Of a stretch of 64,000 bases of DNA, positions 10,761-22,720 are shown piece after piece. The notes beneath the pieces are model-generated. The model had not been told where the DNA came from and did not search any database. It saw only the letters and a list, made by a program, of their open reading frames with translations. The stretch comes from Glaucostegus cemiculus. Its lineage: Eukaryota. Where the stretch lies: assembly GCA_976551045.1 (NCBI GenBank), contig CDPCPM010000050.1, forward strand, positions 2,790,001 to 2,854,000, given 5' to 3'. Position 1 is the stretch's first letter. Every line of letters starts with the position of its first letter. The position numbers and the translations under genes are program-made.

Positions 10761-11679
10761 TTAGTTACAGGACATTCCATGCGGCCGAGAAGTAGAGCTG
10801 TGATTTCCTGAAAATCTGAAGAACGATGCTTGGGGACTTTCCGCGAGATCCCTGAATTCGTTTATCTAATAGAGTCTGTGGATGCAAAAGGGGAAACAAA
10901 GGTACGTTACTTTTTTTATTTGTTAACTTTATATTTCAATTAATAATTATTTTAAAAACTTTCACGTTTTAGGGGTTAATTGTTGATATTTTAATCAGGT
11001 TTAAATAAAAGCATGAAATTCCTCGTAATGTTTTCCGAATGTCAGAGAAATTCAGACACAGAGAAATTTCTGGAAGTTTGATCTAGGGCAGAGTTTGAGC
11101 TGGGCACCAACATTGGCAACGCATTGGAGACAGTTTTCACGAACGGGGCCTGCTTGGCCATCACAAGATGCAGTTATTTCATCGGGAATTGTGTGTGTAA
11201 CAGGTAAGGAAAATGTAAATTATGTTTGGTTCAATTATTTCTTTTCTGGTTGAAGGTTCCGCCGCACTCAGCCGTTCGCTACTTGGTTCTAGGTCACCGT
11301 CGGACAGCGAAATAGGCCTTCCAGACCCGGAGGAAACAAGTTCGGTGGGCGTTGATTGTGGATGGCATATCGTGTCTTCACTCAGGAAACACGGGGACAA
11401 AAGATGACATCATCACTTATCAGTGTTTATCTCCACCTACCATGATTTTGTTAATCACTTTAGGGTCATGTGATACTTTCGGAGCCCTTGAAGATCGGTT
11501 CTGTTCAATGTAAATTACTGCTCGTTACTCTTACTTTAGTCGAAGTATGGAAATGCCTCTTCAATGAATTTTCAAAACAACATATGACTTCATTGTCCAT
11601 GTTAAATGCAAATTGTCGACATATTGAAGTAAATAATTTTTTTACTCATCATTCATATGAAGTAAAACGTGATGCATTC

Positions 11680-11693
11680 GCGCCAACTTCAGG
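11680..11693 (-). promoter_or_regulatory. Candidate CTCF site (CCTGAAGTTGGCGC), weaker copy
   Basis: Paralogue of 35992-36005 with one core change. Confidence 0.35.
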
Positions 11694-14600
11694 TGACACA
11701 TGAAACACAGACCACAACATGCCGAGAAATGTTGGCAGTTCATTGTCGAGTTGCCGGTATTTACCATGCCACATGTGAGAGGAGTTAGGTGAATCTTAGG
11801 AAAACGTGGATGACTTCAACTTATTGACAACACTCTGACCGTGGATTCCAGAAAGTCCTCAGACATTGGACTTCACATGGAGTCCATATGAAGTCGAGCA
11901 GCGGACAAGAAAATTCTTACCCTTTCCGGTAGTTACCCCAGTAAATCTGTACACGAACCACTAGCCCGTTCATCTGAATCAAGATTAACGCTAACGAGGG
12001 AAGGTTTAATTTTTGAACTAACCGAACTTGTGTCACTGTTTTCGAAACCTGTTTAACAATTAAATGAACATATGTGCATATTCCTTAATTTTAATAACTT
12101 CAAAATAATTTGAAATGATTCTTTCTATTGCATCATAATGTTATTCCATTTCGCCTGCGTATCAGGAATGTTCAGCAGAATGCAAAATCCGTGAAGACTG
12201 TCACAGCCGACAAAAATTCAAAACGGATCTTTTTCAGTCTGGTCTTTTCCGATCAATGAACACAAAGGAGTAATACAACTCCGGGTATCCGCAGAACGTA
12301 AGTCCACACTTGCCGCACTCCATTTACCAGCTCAGAAGGCTCGCCACTGGTAGCACGATTGGGCCTATCTCCCAGGCAAGGCACATTTTGTTTTACTTGG
12401 GAAATGGTCCTTATCAAAATGTTAGTGAGTTAGGGAACGAGTGGAGGTTGATGCCTCTGAAGTGAAATTCATTCTGTACCATTGAACCACGCGATGAGTA
12501 CACAACACAGTTACATGTAACGCAGATTGTGAGATCACTAACAATCTGCCGTCACAGAATCAACGAGCTCACAGGTTATCCAGTCTAATCTTTAAATAAA
12601 GGGAAGGATGCAGGAGTTAAATTACCAGTCCTTATTACGCCAATCAGGAAAGCGCATTGTGAGTGTCGTCTCTGGAAATTTCTGCTGAAGTTAAAACCTA
12701 AAATGGAAAAAGCAAGTATTCCATGAAAAGATCTGTGACAAGTTATTATACACACGTTGGAGCACATTCACCATCATACCGGTGTGATGTGAGCAATGAG
12801 AGGTGAATATTATATAGCAATATTTCAGAAATGAATTTCAAGGCATCATGCAGCAGGCACATTGCCCAGGACATACTTCTGTCATTTTACTCTCAGTTAA
12901 CTTCCGTGTGGGTCTAAACAAACCTTTCCTCATATATCTGGGGAAACCGCAACAATATATCTCTGAGACATAAGAGACGGCAGAAGCTGGATCATGAGGA
13001 CCAACATCTGGCGGGACACAGTGGGTCGTGAAAATCTCAGGGAACTTGCACCGTGCAGACACACATGTCAGAATAGCATGGAAGCCCGAAGAGGAGAAGA
13101 ACTGATCAGTAGAGCAAAATTGCAACCATCCCGTCCCACAGCCCCCACCCCACACCATCACCAAAGAATCAAAATTACCATGGTGAAATTATCACGGAGA
13201 AAGTAGGGGCAATGGCCCGAGGGTTTGGAACTGTAGCTAAGGTGGCAAGTTATTTTTCTTCAGCTGTTTATACCATTGCGGAGTGCATGTCTCTGCTGCA
13301 TGGAAAAGCTCACAATGTGAAAATTCAGGGAAACCCAGGAAGTTGTCCTTGTTCTCCTGACAGGAAATAATCCTCATACTATGTTCTGAAGGAAATAAGT
13401 GGGTCATTGCCTCATTGCTGTTTATGTTGGCCCTCTACCAGATACTTCCAAATTTTACAACGAAATTAAAGGAGGCCATTCCACCCGTTGAGACTATGCT
13501 GTCCGTTGAGACTATGCTGTCTCTCCCAGTAATCTCAATGTTCCCATTTTCCAATTATTTCTGCAATTCATTGTTTCATATTTGCTATCCAATACCCCCC
13601 ACAGTAGGGATAATTTGCCGCGGCAAACTAACATAACAACAACCCATCTTTGGAGGAAACCGGAGGACGGGGAAACTGGAAGCGACGAAAAGAACCTGAG
13701 CAGCGCACACTGACAGTGCACACAGGATCGAAACTGGGTCTCTGAAGGTGTGAGGCAGTGTCACTACCTGCAACGTAGCTGTGCCGCCCACCATTTTCTA
13801 TCGCAGGATACACCTTGTAATCCAGGAGTATCGCTGCGTCAGAGATTCTGTAAGACTCTGTCCAGACCTTTTATATGATCCATGAACTGGTTCATCGGAA
13901 TGAAGATTGTGGGTGTAAAGAGGAAGGGAAATGTCAGTTAAGTTTCGCTTAATTATTTAATTCATGTTTCATATATTTAATTATTTGAATCTCATTTTAG
14001 TAGTTCAGTACTTTTATTTACCATCACTTTAATAAGGTTTAAATTAAAACATTTAATATGTTACACTGGTTCTAAATGTTAGAGGATTTCAAAAGCAGTT
14101 CCAACAGTTTATCCGACAGCCAAGCTGAGAACGGGTTTCCCTGTGTCAAGGGCTTCAAGGTGGGTTTTCATAGAGTTGCCAGTTCTGGACATCAGAAGAT
14201 GCCAGTCCATCATTCAACTCTCTGGGCACTCAAGACTTCTGCTGCTTGTCTCTGCGACACTCTCGGCCAGAGAAATTGGACTTCCAGGACCAAAGAAGGC
14301 AAGTTCAGCAGCCGGCGAGATTGGGTGCCAACTCCGCTCCCAAACAGGAACCCGCGACCACAAGTCGACTCGATCATTCTCCACGCTCATTTGCACGTTT
14401 ATTTTCCTCAATCACTAAACCGTTTCCCCACCCCCCACCCCCTAATTTTTACCAGTCGTTGACGTTACATCATTTAAATACAGTTTTGGACAAAATACTG
14501 AATCATGTCTTATGACCCCAACTGAACTCCGCTCAACTGGCCAATCAGAGAAAAAACCCTCAAACATTTCTTTCCGTCCTCTGCCTCCCAACCAAATGCC

Positions 14601-15626
14601 AGCCCATAGTTTCAAATATTTGTACATTTGATTCCAAGGGAATTATATACGTATTCATGTCACCCGGCTCTGAAAACCACAGTTGCTCAACGGCCACAAT
14701 GTATCACATTTCACATGCTAAACCCGATTTAGAATATCCCCTTACCAGAGCAAACCATTGCATTTATTCGTCCTTCCAGAACGTAGGTTATCCTAACTTG
14801 GGTAACCAAATATTTGTGTGTTTCCTTCATTGCTTTAAAAGTGTGAAAACTTAAGCAGTTCCACATAAATCTGGCACTCCCTGGTTATTCTATAGCCTGG
14901 CCCTCTGGAAACCAGTCAAAACTTTTTTTCTTTTATTGGTGGAGATTGAATCTTGCGTTGTTCTGCGTGTAATCCGTAATCAATCTGGATACAGGCTACG
15001 TTACTGGAAGATGCTGTGACGAAATTGTCATTTTTATTATGAAACTGTATTAATTAAATGCGACTCTGCTCTAACCTGGGCGGCTGTGATTCAAACCTTC
15101 CAACACCTTGCAGCTGCGATAGATTGGTTTATAATATTACCGTTTACGAAAAGAGAAAGGCTACCGAAAGACGCTTGAAAATAACTATTATGTCATGCGA
15201 AAATATTGCACGGCACTAAGTCCGGGATATCCGAATGGAGACGATTCTACCTTTGTCCTTAACTTGTGAGACTGGATCACTGAAAAGAAATTGCACCAGG
15301 TATCCTGTTCTTTTCCTGGAGATGGCGACCTACGGTTGCCTAATCTCGTAATCCTCCTAACAATATATTTTAAGATTACTTCACGAAACATCAAATTATT
15401 GTTAGCATCATATTTGTTAACAGATATTCAAAGCATTACTATTGCTGGTATCGATTATTATGGGGAATAACAGAAAATTTATTGCATTCCACTTTTATTG
15501 TTAAACCAACCCTCTCTAGTCATGTGTAATACGATTGTGGCCAGAACGTTCAAGCCCATATGTTGAGTATTTGCTGTGATTGAAGATGTTTTAAAATAAT
15601 CAAACGTGTCATATCGAAACATGATA

Positions 15627-15632
15627 TTTATT
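15627..15632 (-). terminator. AATAAA polyadenylation signal of the cluster 2 C exon
   Basis: About 40 nt after the stop. Same context downstream of all four C exons. Confidence 0.75.
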
Positions 15633-15670
15633 TTCACATGTTAAAAAAATCAGAACATAATTTGCTTCAT

Positions 15671-15993
15671 TTAGGTACAGCTGGATCTCGCGATCATTGT
15701 CTTAAACGGGTTTGCCTGAGTCTCGTGTTTAACCACACGGGAGTAAAGCTCGTGTGAGTTCCAGGCGGAGGCTGGCAGAGTCAGGTAACTGCTCGCACTG
15801 AACGTGTTGTCCGTGTCCTGCTGGACGCGGTTGGTCTCAACGCCATTCTTCCTCGCACTGCCGTCCACGGTCCACTCAATGTCCACAGCGCCCGGGTTAA
15901 ACCCGCTCACCAAGCACACCAGGGTAGCGGTTCTCTTTCTCGTCATTTCTTCTGCTGAAGGCCGGAGGACGGTCACCGCAGGTGGTCGCGGAC
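15671..15993 (-). pseudogene. IGL: IgL constant exon, cluster 2; open frame but second Ig-fold Cys changed to Arg; partner VJ has a stop
   Basis: PRPPAVTVLRPS...ATLVCLVSGF...W...SSYLTL...HELYSRVVKHE...RSSCT*. Acceptor ttttcAG at 15994-15995, 323 nt like the other C exons. CGT at 15737-15739 where the paralogues have TGT. Confidence 0.9.
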
Positions 15994-18900
15994 CTGAAAA
16001 TAGAATCAAACGCAGGAAGGTCAATTATTGATTGGCATCCAAGTCTGAATCAACCCGTGTTGTCTTCGATGTCATTGGATTCCTATGAAATCTTCGTCAA
16101 AGAAACATCATTAATACAACTTACAGAGCAAGAGAAGCCCAGATGCTTGCAAATATTATAATATGACAATATTTTCTGAATACCGACACCTGGCATAAGA
16201 CAATATCAAATCTTCTTCAAAGAAAACGAATTAAACCTTCGCATATGTCCAATGTCATAATTTACAGCTCCCTCAAACATATCGCAGATTTATCTATTTT
16301 GTTCCATTTCCTTTACTTATTTGACTTTTAAATAGAATTTGGAACCGAAACTGAAGGATTCAGGGAGTATTGTGAACACGAAAGATTAAAATCACTCTGT
16401 ACACCAACTCAATGTCACGTTTTCTTCTGAGCTAAGTTTCCGCAGAAGATGTATCCAGGGAGCTGTACATTTAATGCAAAGAAAATCTGAATTTTAGTTA
16501 AATATTCAGTAATGCTATCTGGAAAGATAGTGTAACACTCATCTCAAATCATTCGGCTCTATTCACTTTACTACTATCTTTGTTTGTTTCTTTTTGACTC
16601 AAGCTCCAACAGATTTTGAAGAAGATGGCAAAATGCTATTTGACTATCCGTGAGACCTGCTGTTAATCAGTGCCTGAACCGCTTATCAATTGGCCGTCTC
16701 TTCCAGGTTCCCGCCCGCGCCCAGTGAAGAGTACATCAATCAAAGGTTGCAAGGACTTCCCAGCAATCACGTCTCACGAGCAATCTGCTTCTCGGGAACA
16801 GATCCAGAGCCAGGGGGTGGGGTCACACATGTCATTTCAATAAAGACAATCATCTTACAATAAATAACGTGTGTTTCTCAACAAATATGTCAATACCAGA
16901 AATGATTTTATGGAATTAGCCTATCATTGAATCCAAAAATATCCTTGCCAATATGTATCAATCGTCCCACACCGATGAAGCAAGTCTCCCTTCACATTCA
17001 CATTGCTATTTGTGGGAGAACACTGTGCGCGGATTATTTGTGCTATTCTCCAAATTGCTGTGCTGGATAAACTTAAAGTGCGTTGGGACCCTCTCACGTG
17101 CAAAGACACATCTCAGCAACACGGGGGATCCCACGCAGGCGACAAATCTCTTGCTGTTCTGAGGATTCGCCTTCAGATCCACAAATTTACCTCACTTTCA
17201 ATCCCTTCAAGTTTGTAAATTGTAGTGCGAGTCAAAAATAGTTTGACAGTTAACTACTTGACAGTGGCCCGGAATACGTATTTCCCAATATGGATGATTA
17301 ATGAAATGATATATGATTTAAGACAATGTATTTTTTTAAATATCGCGCGTTTCCAGTTTCAACCTAATGTAGCAGAATGATAGTTACTAATTGATAATAG
17401 TTAAAATCGCGACAGGTTACCGACGTGTTCTGAGGTATTCAGCTTCCTAGGTGAAAATAAAACATACAGGTCCAAAATCTAATATTGATGTACAAAAGCT
17501 CTGGAATAGTAGTCAGGATTATTCATATTGGGAAAAGTGAATAAAAAGATATAATACTGTGGCCCGAGTCTGTATAATATGCGCTTCCTGTGTCTGATCT
17601 TGAAGGTGATCTGGAAGATAAGCGACAGTTGCAGAAATTTGCAACGTCCCCTTAAATATATTAATATTAATAATGTTTGAATCGAATTAAGACGTATCGT
17701 ATATGCTTTTTTAAAATATAACTTTGGCCAAACATTAACTTCAACAAGATTTAGGGACCGTGTATAGGATTGTAAACAGACCAAAGACAACCCGACACTC
17801 AGTCACTCAGAAGTTGAAAGCCCAGGAAGAAGTCGTTCTCGCAGCCCGAGATTTGAAAACATAACTCGTCATCTGTCTTCGTAGATTTATCTACTACACT
17901 AAAGCCTGATCTGCATTGGGTTTTTAGATGGGGTACAACACGCTCTCACTACACCTTGGGGGGGGGACCTTAATTTCTTTCAGTATTTTTCAAATAATTA
18001 CAATAACACCCGTTTAAGAAGCACTTTTAACGGCGTAAGATATCGCAAGGGAACAATCCAAGACAAAAATTGAACCCAACATTAGAAGATACCAAGCCAA
18101 AGGAACAGAATTTTGGAACAAAGAAAACGGAGTTCAGAGGATTTTACGTGGCATGGCGCGGGGGAAGCTCAGGCGGAAGCTAGAAAAGTTACGATGGCGA
18201 TGCTGAGGAAGAAGAAACAAATTTCCAGCTCGATAACTTACTCCGCTTTGCTCCTACTTCATTTCATCCACTAGTGAAAACTCCCCAATGCCTTTGCTCC
18301 CCTGACTTTCCTGGTCCACTCTCAAGCCTCGCAATACTGGTAAAATCTCAACAAAGGCTCTTTGACATCTCCAGGTTTAAGCAGCATCAAAAATTTATCA
18401 AACGTCTTTTTTATTTATTCATTAAATCTCATCGGACATTGACTCTACATAATACATTATATATGCAATGATTTCACTTCAACTAAGTCTCTTTGCCAAG
18501 TAAATGGATTTTCTATTTTTAGTCTGTAATGTTCAAAACATTAGGGGACAAGTGCGTTTGAAATCCGAATGAAATAAATTGACCATAGATACCACTGTTG
18601 CAAGGATTTTTAAAAAAATTAAAATAGGATACTTTGGAAGATATTTGCTTCGGGCGTAGCTCATGGTACCACGTTCCTATATAATGTTGCCAAATAACAG
18701 TTAATTTTGTTGGATATTGAACTGTCGGTGACACAAATCATAGGACGAGTAGGAAAGCCGAATGCCGGTAATAACATGAAGTACTCAAACTCCGCAAGTG
18801 TTTTCGGAGATAATCATAAGATCAAATCAAACTGGCTGTTGATTGTTGTGTTGCCCTAGTGTCTACTCTCGTAGATGAGTGACTGTTCTGGCAAATGCAC

Positions 18901-19369
18901 GCCATGCCCTGGAACATTTGCAGTTATAAATTCTCCCAACGGGTTTAATGGGAATTAACAAGGTATCCGATTATTTTAGATTTCCTTTTTGGATTGATTC
19001 TGGTCATACATTTCAGCGACGCTCTAGAGAAGGGGGTTGAACCAGTTTGTAACAATATGCGAGGCACATAGAATTCCCAAAGGAAGTCCATCTCGCAACC
19101 CCGGCTTCTTGAAACTTAGTTCAATATGTGCCCTTTCAATTGTTATCTTACTTCTTCTTCGAGCTTGTCATGCACTCTGCTTGATCCTGTGTTGGAGCTG
19201 AGGCACTAAACGTTCTTTTATAATATAGTGCGTGAACCCTCATTTCTCTAGTAATTGTAATACCTTCCATTGCCATAACGTTGTCTGTGACACAGAATGT
19301 CCTATAGCAAGATTATTTAGTTGCCCTTTTGAAGCCAAGGAGAGAAGACTATATCAAATGACAGGAGCA

Positions 19370-19700
19370 GATTTTTAGGCAAAGTCGTATCGTTTTAGGA
19401 GTCGTTCGAAGAATAAAGAAACAGAGGCAGCGAGACAGAGAGGATAAATGTCAGAGGGTCGGAGATGACTAGGTGGAAGGTTGTCAGCTCTCAGGACGAC
19501 TTGATAACAAAGATGAAAATGATTAAGTGGAGACATCGTTTAACTATGAAAATGTACGTCAACAAGGATAAACGGGCGTGAGTCAGGACAACGAGTACAG
19601 TGTTTTGGATAACTGCAAATTTGTGGAATAAAGAGAGAGGAAGAGAGCGTCTGGAATAATTTAGAAATCAAGTCAGGTGATTTTGCGGAGATGGAAATGT
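19370..19700 (-). mobile_element. Decayed L2-like LINE relic in the J-C intron; paralogues at ~1-60, 31210-31630, 44890-45230, 56380-56780 and 58000-58430
   Basis: The best preserved copies show gaattccagagcttgg...cagctgaaagc, resembling an elasmobranch L2 3' region by recall only. Confidence 0.4.
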
Positions 19701-20182
19701 GCTCGCTATTTTAAGCTCAAAAACATCCTCGCTTCTCTGGCGCAGCGCAACTGCTGCTGCCAGCTCTCCTCGCCGCTGCTGCCTCCACTCTTGTTGTTTC
19801 GCTTCTGCTCTCGAAGCTAAATCCTCGTCATGGCAAATCAAAAATCGTTTCTGTGCTCACTTCAAAACTTTACACTGTCTCTTATATCAGGCACTTAGTG
19901 TGTTTGGTTATTATTTAAAGCCTCCCGGACGCTGAATTTCAAAGTCTACGTAAATATATTTTGATGACATTAATTTTTACTAAATGTCTTTCACTCCACA
20001 AGGCAAAGGGATATTTTTTAGTTCTTACTATTGGGAAGATTTGATATAAACTTCACGAGCGATGTGTAAACAGATCGAAAAAATATTTCGCCCTGATACT
20101 GTTGTCCGATTACTATCAACTGACGGGGTAAACAATCCAAAGCAGGTGATTGACACATTCCCACTTTCAAAAATTAACTTAC

Positions 20183-20515
20183 TGTTCAGATTCCGCTTGG
20201 TTCCTTTTCCGAAGGCAGATGTATTACTAGCAACCACAAGGCAGTAATAATCGGCGGCGACCTCCAATTGCAAGTTGGTGATGGTTAATTGCATCTGGTT
20301 GCTGGAAGTGTCCGAGGAACCGGTGAATCGATCAGGAATTCCCGAAGCTCTGTCGTTGACGATATCCCATACCAGGACCGGAGGGCTGTCAGCTTTCTAC
20401 CTGTACCAGCTCGCCCCGATGCCACCTCCTGATATGGTACAGGTGATCTGAACGGTTTTCCCCGGCGAGGTTGAGATAGACGGGGACTGATTCACGATTA
20501 GCTCCGTGTTTATGG
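20183..20515 (-). pseudogene. IGL: Germline-joined VJ exon, cluster 2, with in-frame TAG in FR2
   Basis: [62 protein letters not shown]...[26 protein letters not shown] at 20397-20399. Splice sites intact, 333 nt. Confidence 0.95.
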
Positions 20516-20605
20516 CTGAGGAAATATCAAATTCATCTTAGAACCGTTTAATATATCAGCACAACTTAAATAACAGTAGTGCCAATGATATGAAGTTTTA
20601 CTTAC

Positions 20606-20654
20606 CGTGGAAAGAGAGCAGCAACGCGGCAATGCCCCCAATCCACGGCGCCAT
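20606..20654 (-). pseudogene. IGL: Leader exon, cluster 2: MAPWIGGIAALLLSFH (intact, part of a pseudogene cluster)
   Basis: ATG at 20652-20654, 49 nt, GTAAGT donor, 90-bp intron. Confidence 0.9.
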
Positions 20655-20714
20655 GTTTGAGACGAAGGGAAATTTTGAGACAGAAGTCTACTTCTGGGTA
20701 CTTGCGAAGATTCA

Positions 20715-20777
20715 CCTTATGAAGCCTCAAATTTCGCAACGTCACGGTATATTCATGCAAATTTCCACTCACGTGAT
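20715..20777 (-). promoter_or_regulatory. IgL V promoter, cluster 2 (CACGTG 20770-20775, octamer 20755-20762, TGACGT 20739-20744)
   Basis: Perfect octamer and the same motif order as the other clusters. Confidence 0.83.
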
Positions 20778-21559
20778 TTCGAATTATCCAGTTGTGGATC
20801 ATCTGTTAATCGGTTTCATCGAAGCTCCGGGCCTTTCAGAGTAGGAAGGAAAAAATGGAAACCCCATTTAAGTGTATAGGGGAATGGGAGAATACAGCAG
20901 GCTGCACCGTGCCGTAAAATGAGGGGGATCGATGGAGTTACTGTTTTACCAGACCAGGCACCACCACAGACAGCAACAACTGAATATGAAATGGACTTCA
21001 GTTGTTCTGAAGTAATGCTGGATAAATGTTCAGCTAGTTAATTGTTATAAAACAAAACAGTGACATTCATGAAGCCGTTTGTAAGCCATTATATTGATGC
21101 ACATCGGGAACCTACTTAACTCACGGAGGAAAGTTGATATCTGTTTCAACTTGTGATCCATGTCCCACGTTCCTGCGTACCAGTGCGATGCCGAACATCC
21201 TTAAAGCTGATTCCTTGTTTGAGAATTTAGCTACCAAATAGAACCCGATAAGTACATTTGTAACAAATAAGTTAACGGTTTTTAACTGCTATCTCACAGC
21301 ACCATTTCTCAATAAGCATCTTTCAACCAAAGAAACTAATAACCTTCTCATTGTTGGAATGAACATCAAATGAGAATCTGTGAAGATATTACCTCCGCAG
21401 TGGGACAGAATGACACCAAGCAGTCACTCCAGCTACGGGCGATTTAAATTTCAGAAGAGTTTGTAAAATCACTTGAACTGAGAAGAAAGGAGAGGGGTTC
21501 ACGAGTTTAGTGACTACTTTTCCTGGAATATGGGTGTCTGATTAAAATTTTAATTTGTA

Positions 21560-22720
21560 TATTGTGGGTGACGATGGCTGTTCGGGGGAGTGCATTTGGC
21601 AAGGCCAGGAGGCAATTGCACAAGAGAATAAGAAGAGTGAGAAGGCAATAGTGATCTTGCGTGAGTACGTAGTTAAGGGTGGGGGCAGACAGGCGTTTCT
21701 GTAACTGTAAGAACTGGGGTCCATGTATAACACGTATTATAATCTGAGTCCTAAATCTAAAAAATAAAACGTCAAAGGTGTAAGAAGTAGAGTGGTTGCA
21801 AACTTCATCGAGGGGCATGACGATTTCTAAGCAGTCGCTAATACATACAAATCTGTTATGCATTCATTTTTTAATAGAAAGGGACAAAGGGAAAGATGAT
21901 TCAATCATAGTTAATAAAAGAAGCGACCGTTTGTATTTAATCCAGAGAAAAGTGATAGAATTTTGCTCGGAAAAAAAATCAGTCGGAAGCGTAAGGAGTG
22001 GGTGCAGTTTAAAATTCAACAAAAAAAAGACCAAATGATGAATTGCAGAGAAAACACTGAGAATGAAAGTAGACTTGAAATAACAATAAAAAGGACTACA
22101 AAACCTTCTACAGATATGTAAAATAGGAATGACGATATGTGTAAGTCTCCTACAGTGAGAGGCCGACGGATTTACAAAGTGGAACAACGATATTTTGTAC
22201 TATTTTCATGGAAAGTGTCACAAATAACTTCCCAGAAATGCAAAGACCCAGAAGTGTAATGAGAAACACAGGTTGAGGAAAATTAGTTTCAGTCAAAGTT
22301 GAGTTAATGGGATTGAAATCCGATATACCCGCCCCCCTACCCGACCACATAACACGAATCCCATATTACCAAAAGGAGAAGGCATAGAAATAGTGTGTGC
22401 AATAATTTCCATATTACAAAGTTCTATGGCGACTGAAAACGCTGGAGGATGGCAAATATAATCAGACAATGTAAAAATAGAGAGAGAGGGAAATCAAGAA
22501 ATTGGAATCCAGTGAGGTTCGCATCAGTAACAGGGAAAACGCAAGGTGTACAATGACGGTTGTGCTAACCAGATACTGAACGCCATTAGGCAAGGTCACC
22601 GAAGCTTTATGGCAAACCAATATTGTTTGACAAACTTGCTGGAGATTTTTAAATAAGATGCAACTGGTAGACAAGTCAATGGAGAACAAGTTAATGTGAT
22701 TTCTCTGGATTTTCAGGAGC
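21560..22720 (+). mobile_element. Ancient, internally deleted CR1 relic upstream of the cluster 2 promoter
   Basis: Decayed ORF1-like (aagaagagtgagaaggcaatagtgat...gacaggcgtttctgt) and ORF2-like (tgtttgacaaacttgctggagatttt...gtgatttctctggattttcag) segments. Confidence 0.65.

Noticed and set aside
11179-11407. Similar short ORFs and a GTAAGG...AAG mini-intron-like pattern in paralogous blocks (11.2, 14.2, 26.7, 38.7, 52.6 kb)
   Set aside because: Explained by duplication of the whole flank. Frames and starts are not conserved, the donor is lost at 52.56 kb, and a ~52-nt intron is too short to be convincing.
13485-13520. 18-bp tandem duplication (ccgttgagactatgctgt x2); also a 24-bp tandem at ~24776-24818
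   Set aside because: Ordinary slippage events in non-coding spacer.
15804-16031. Recurring plus-strand ORFs over the C exons (also 29211, 40445, 54017) and over V or leader regions
   Set aside because: Antisense shadows of the Ig exons. They recur because the exons are paralogous.
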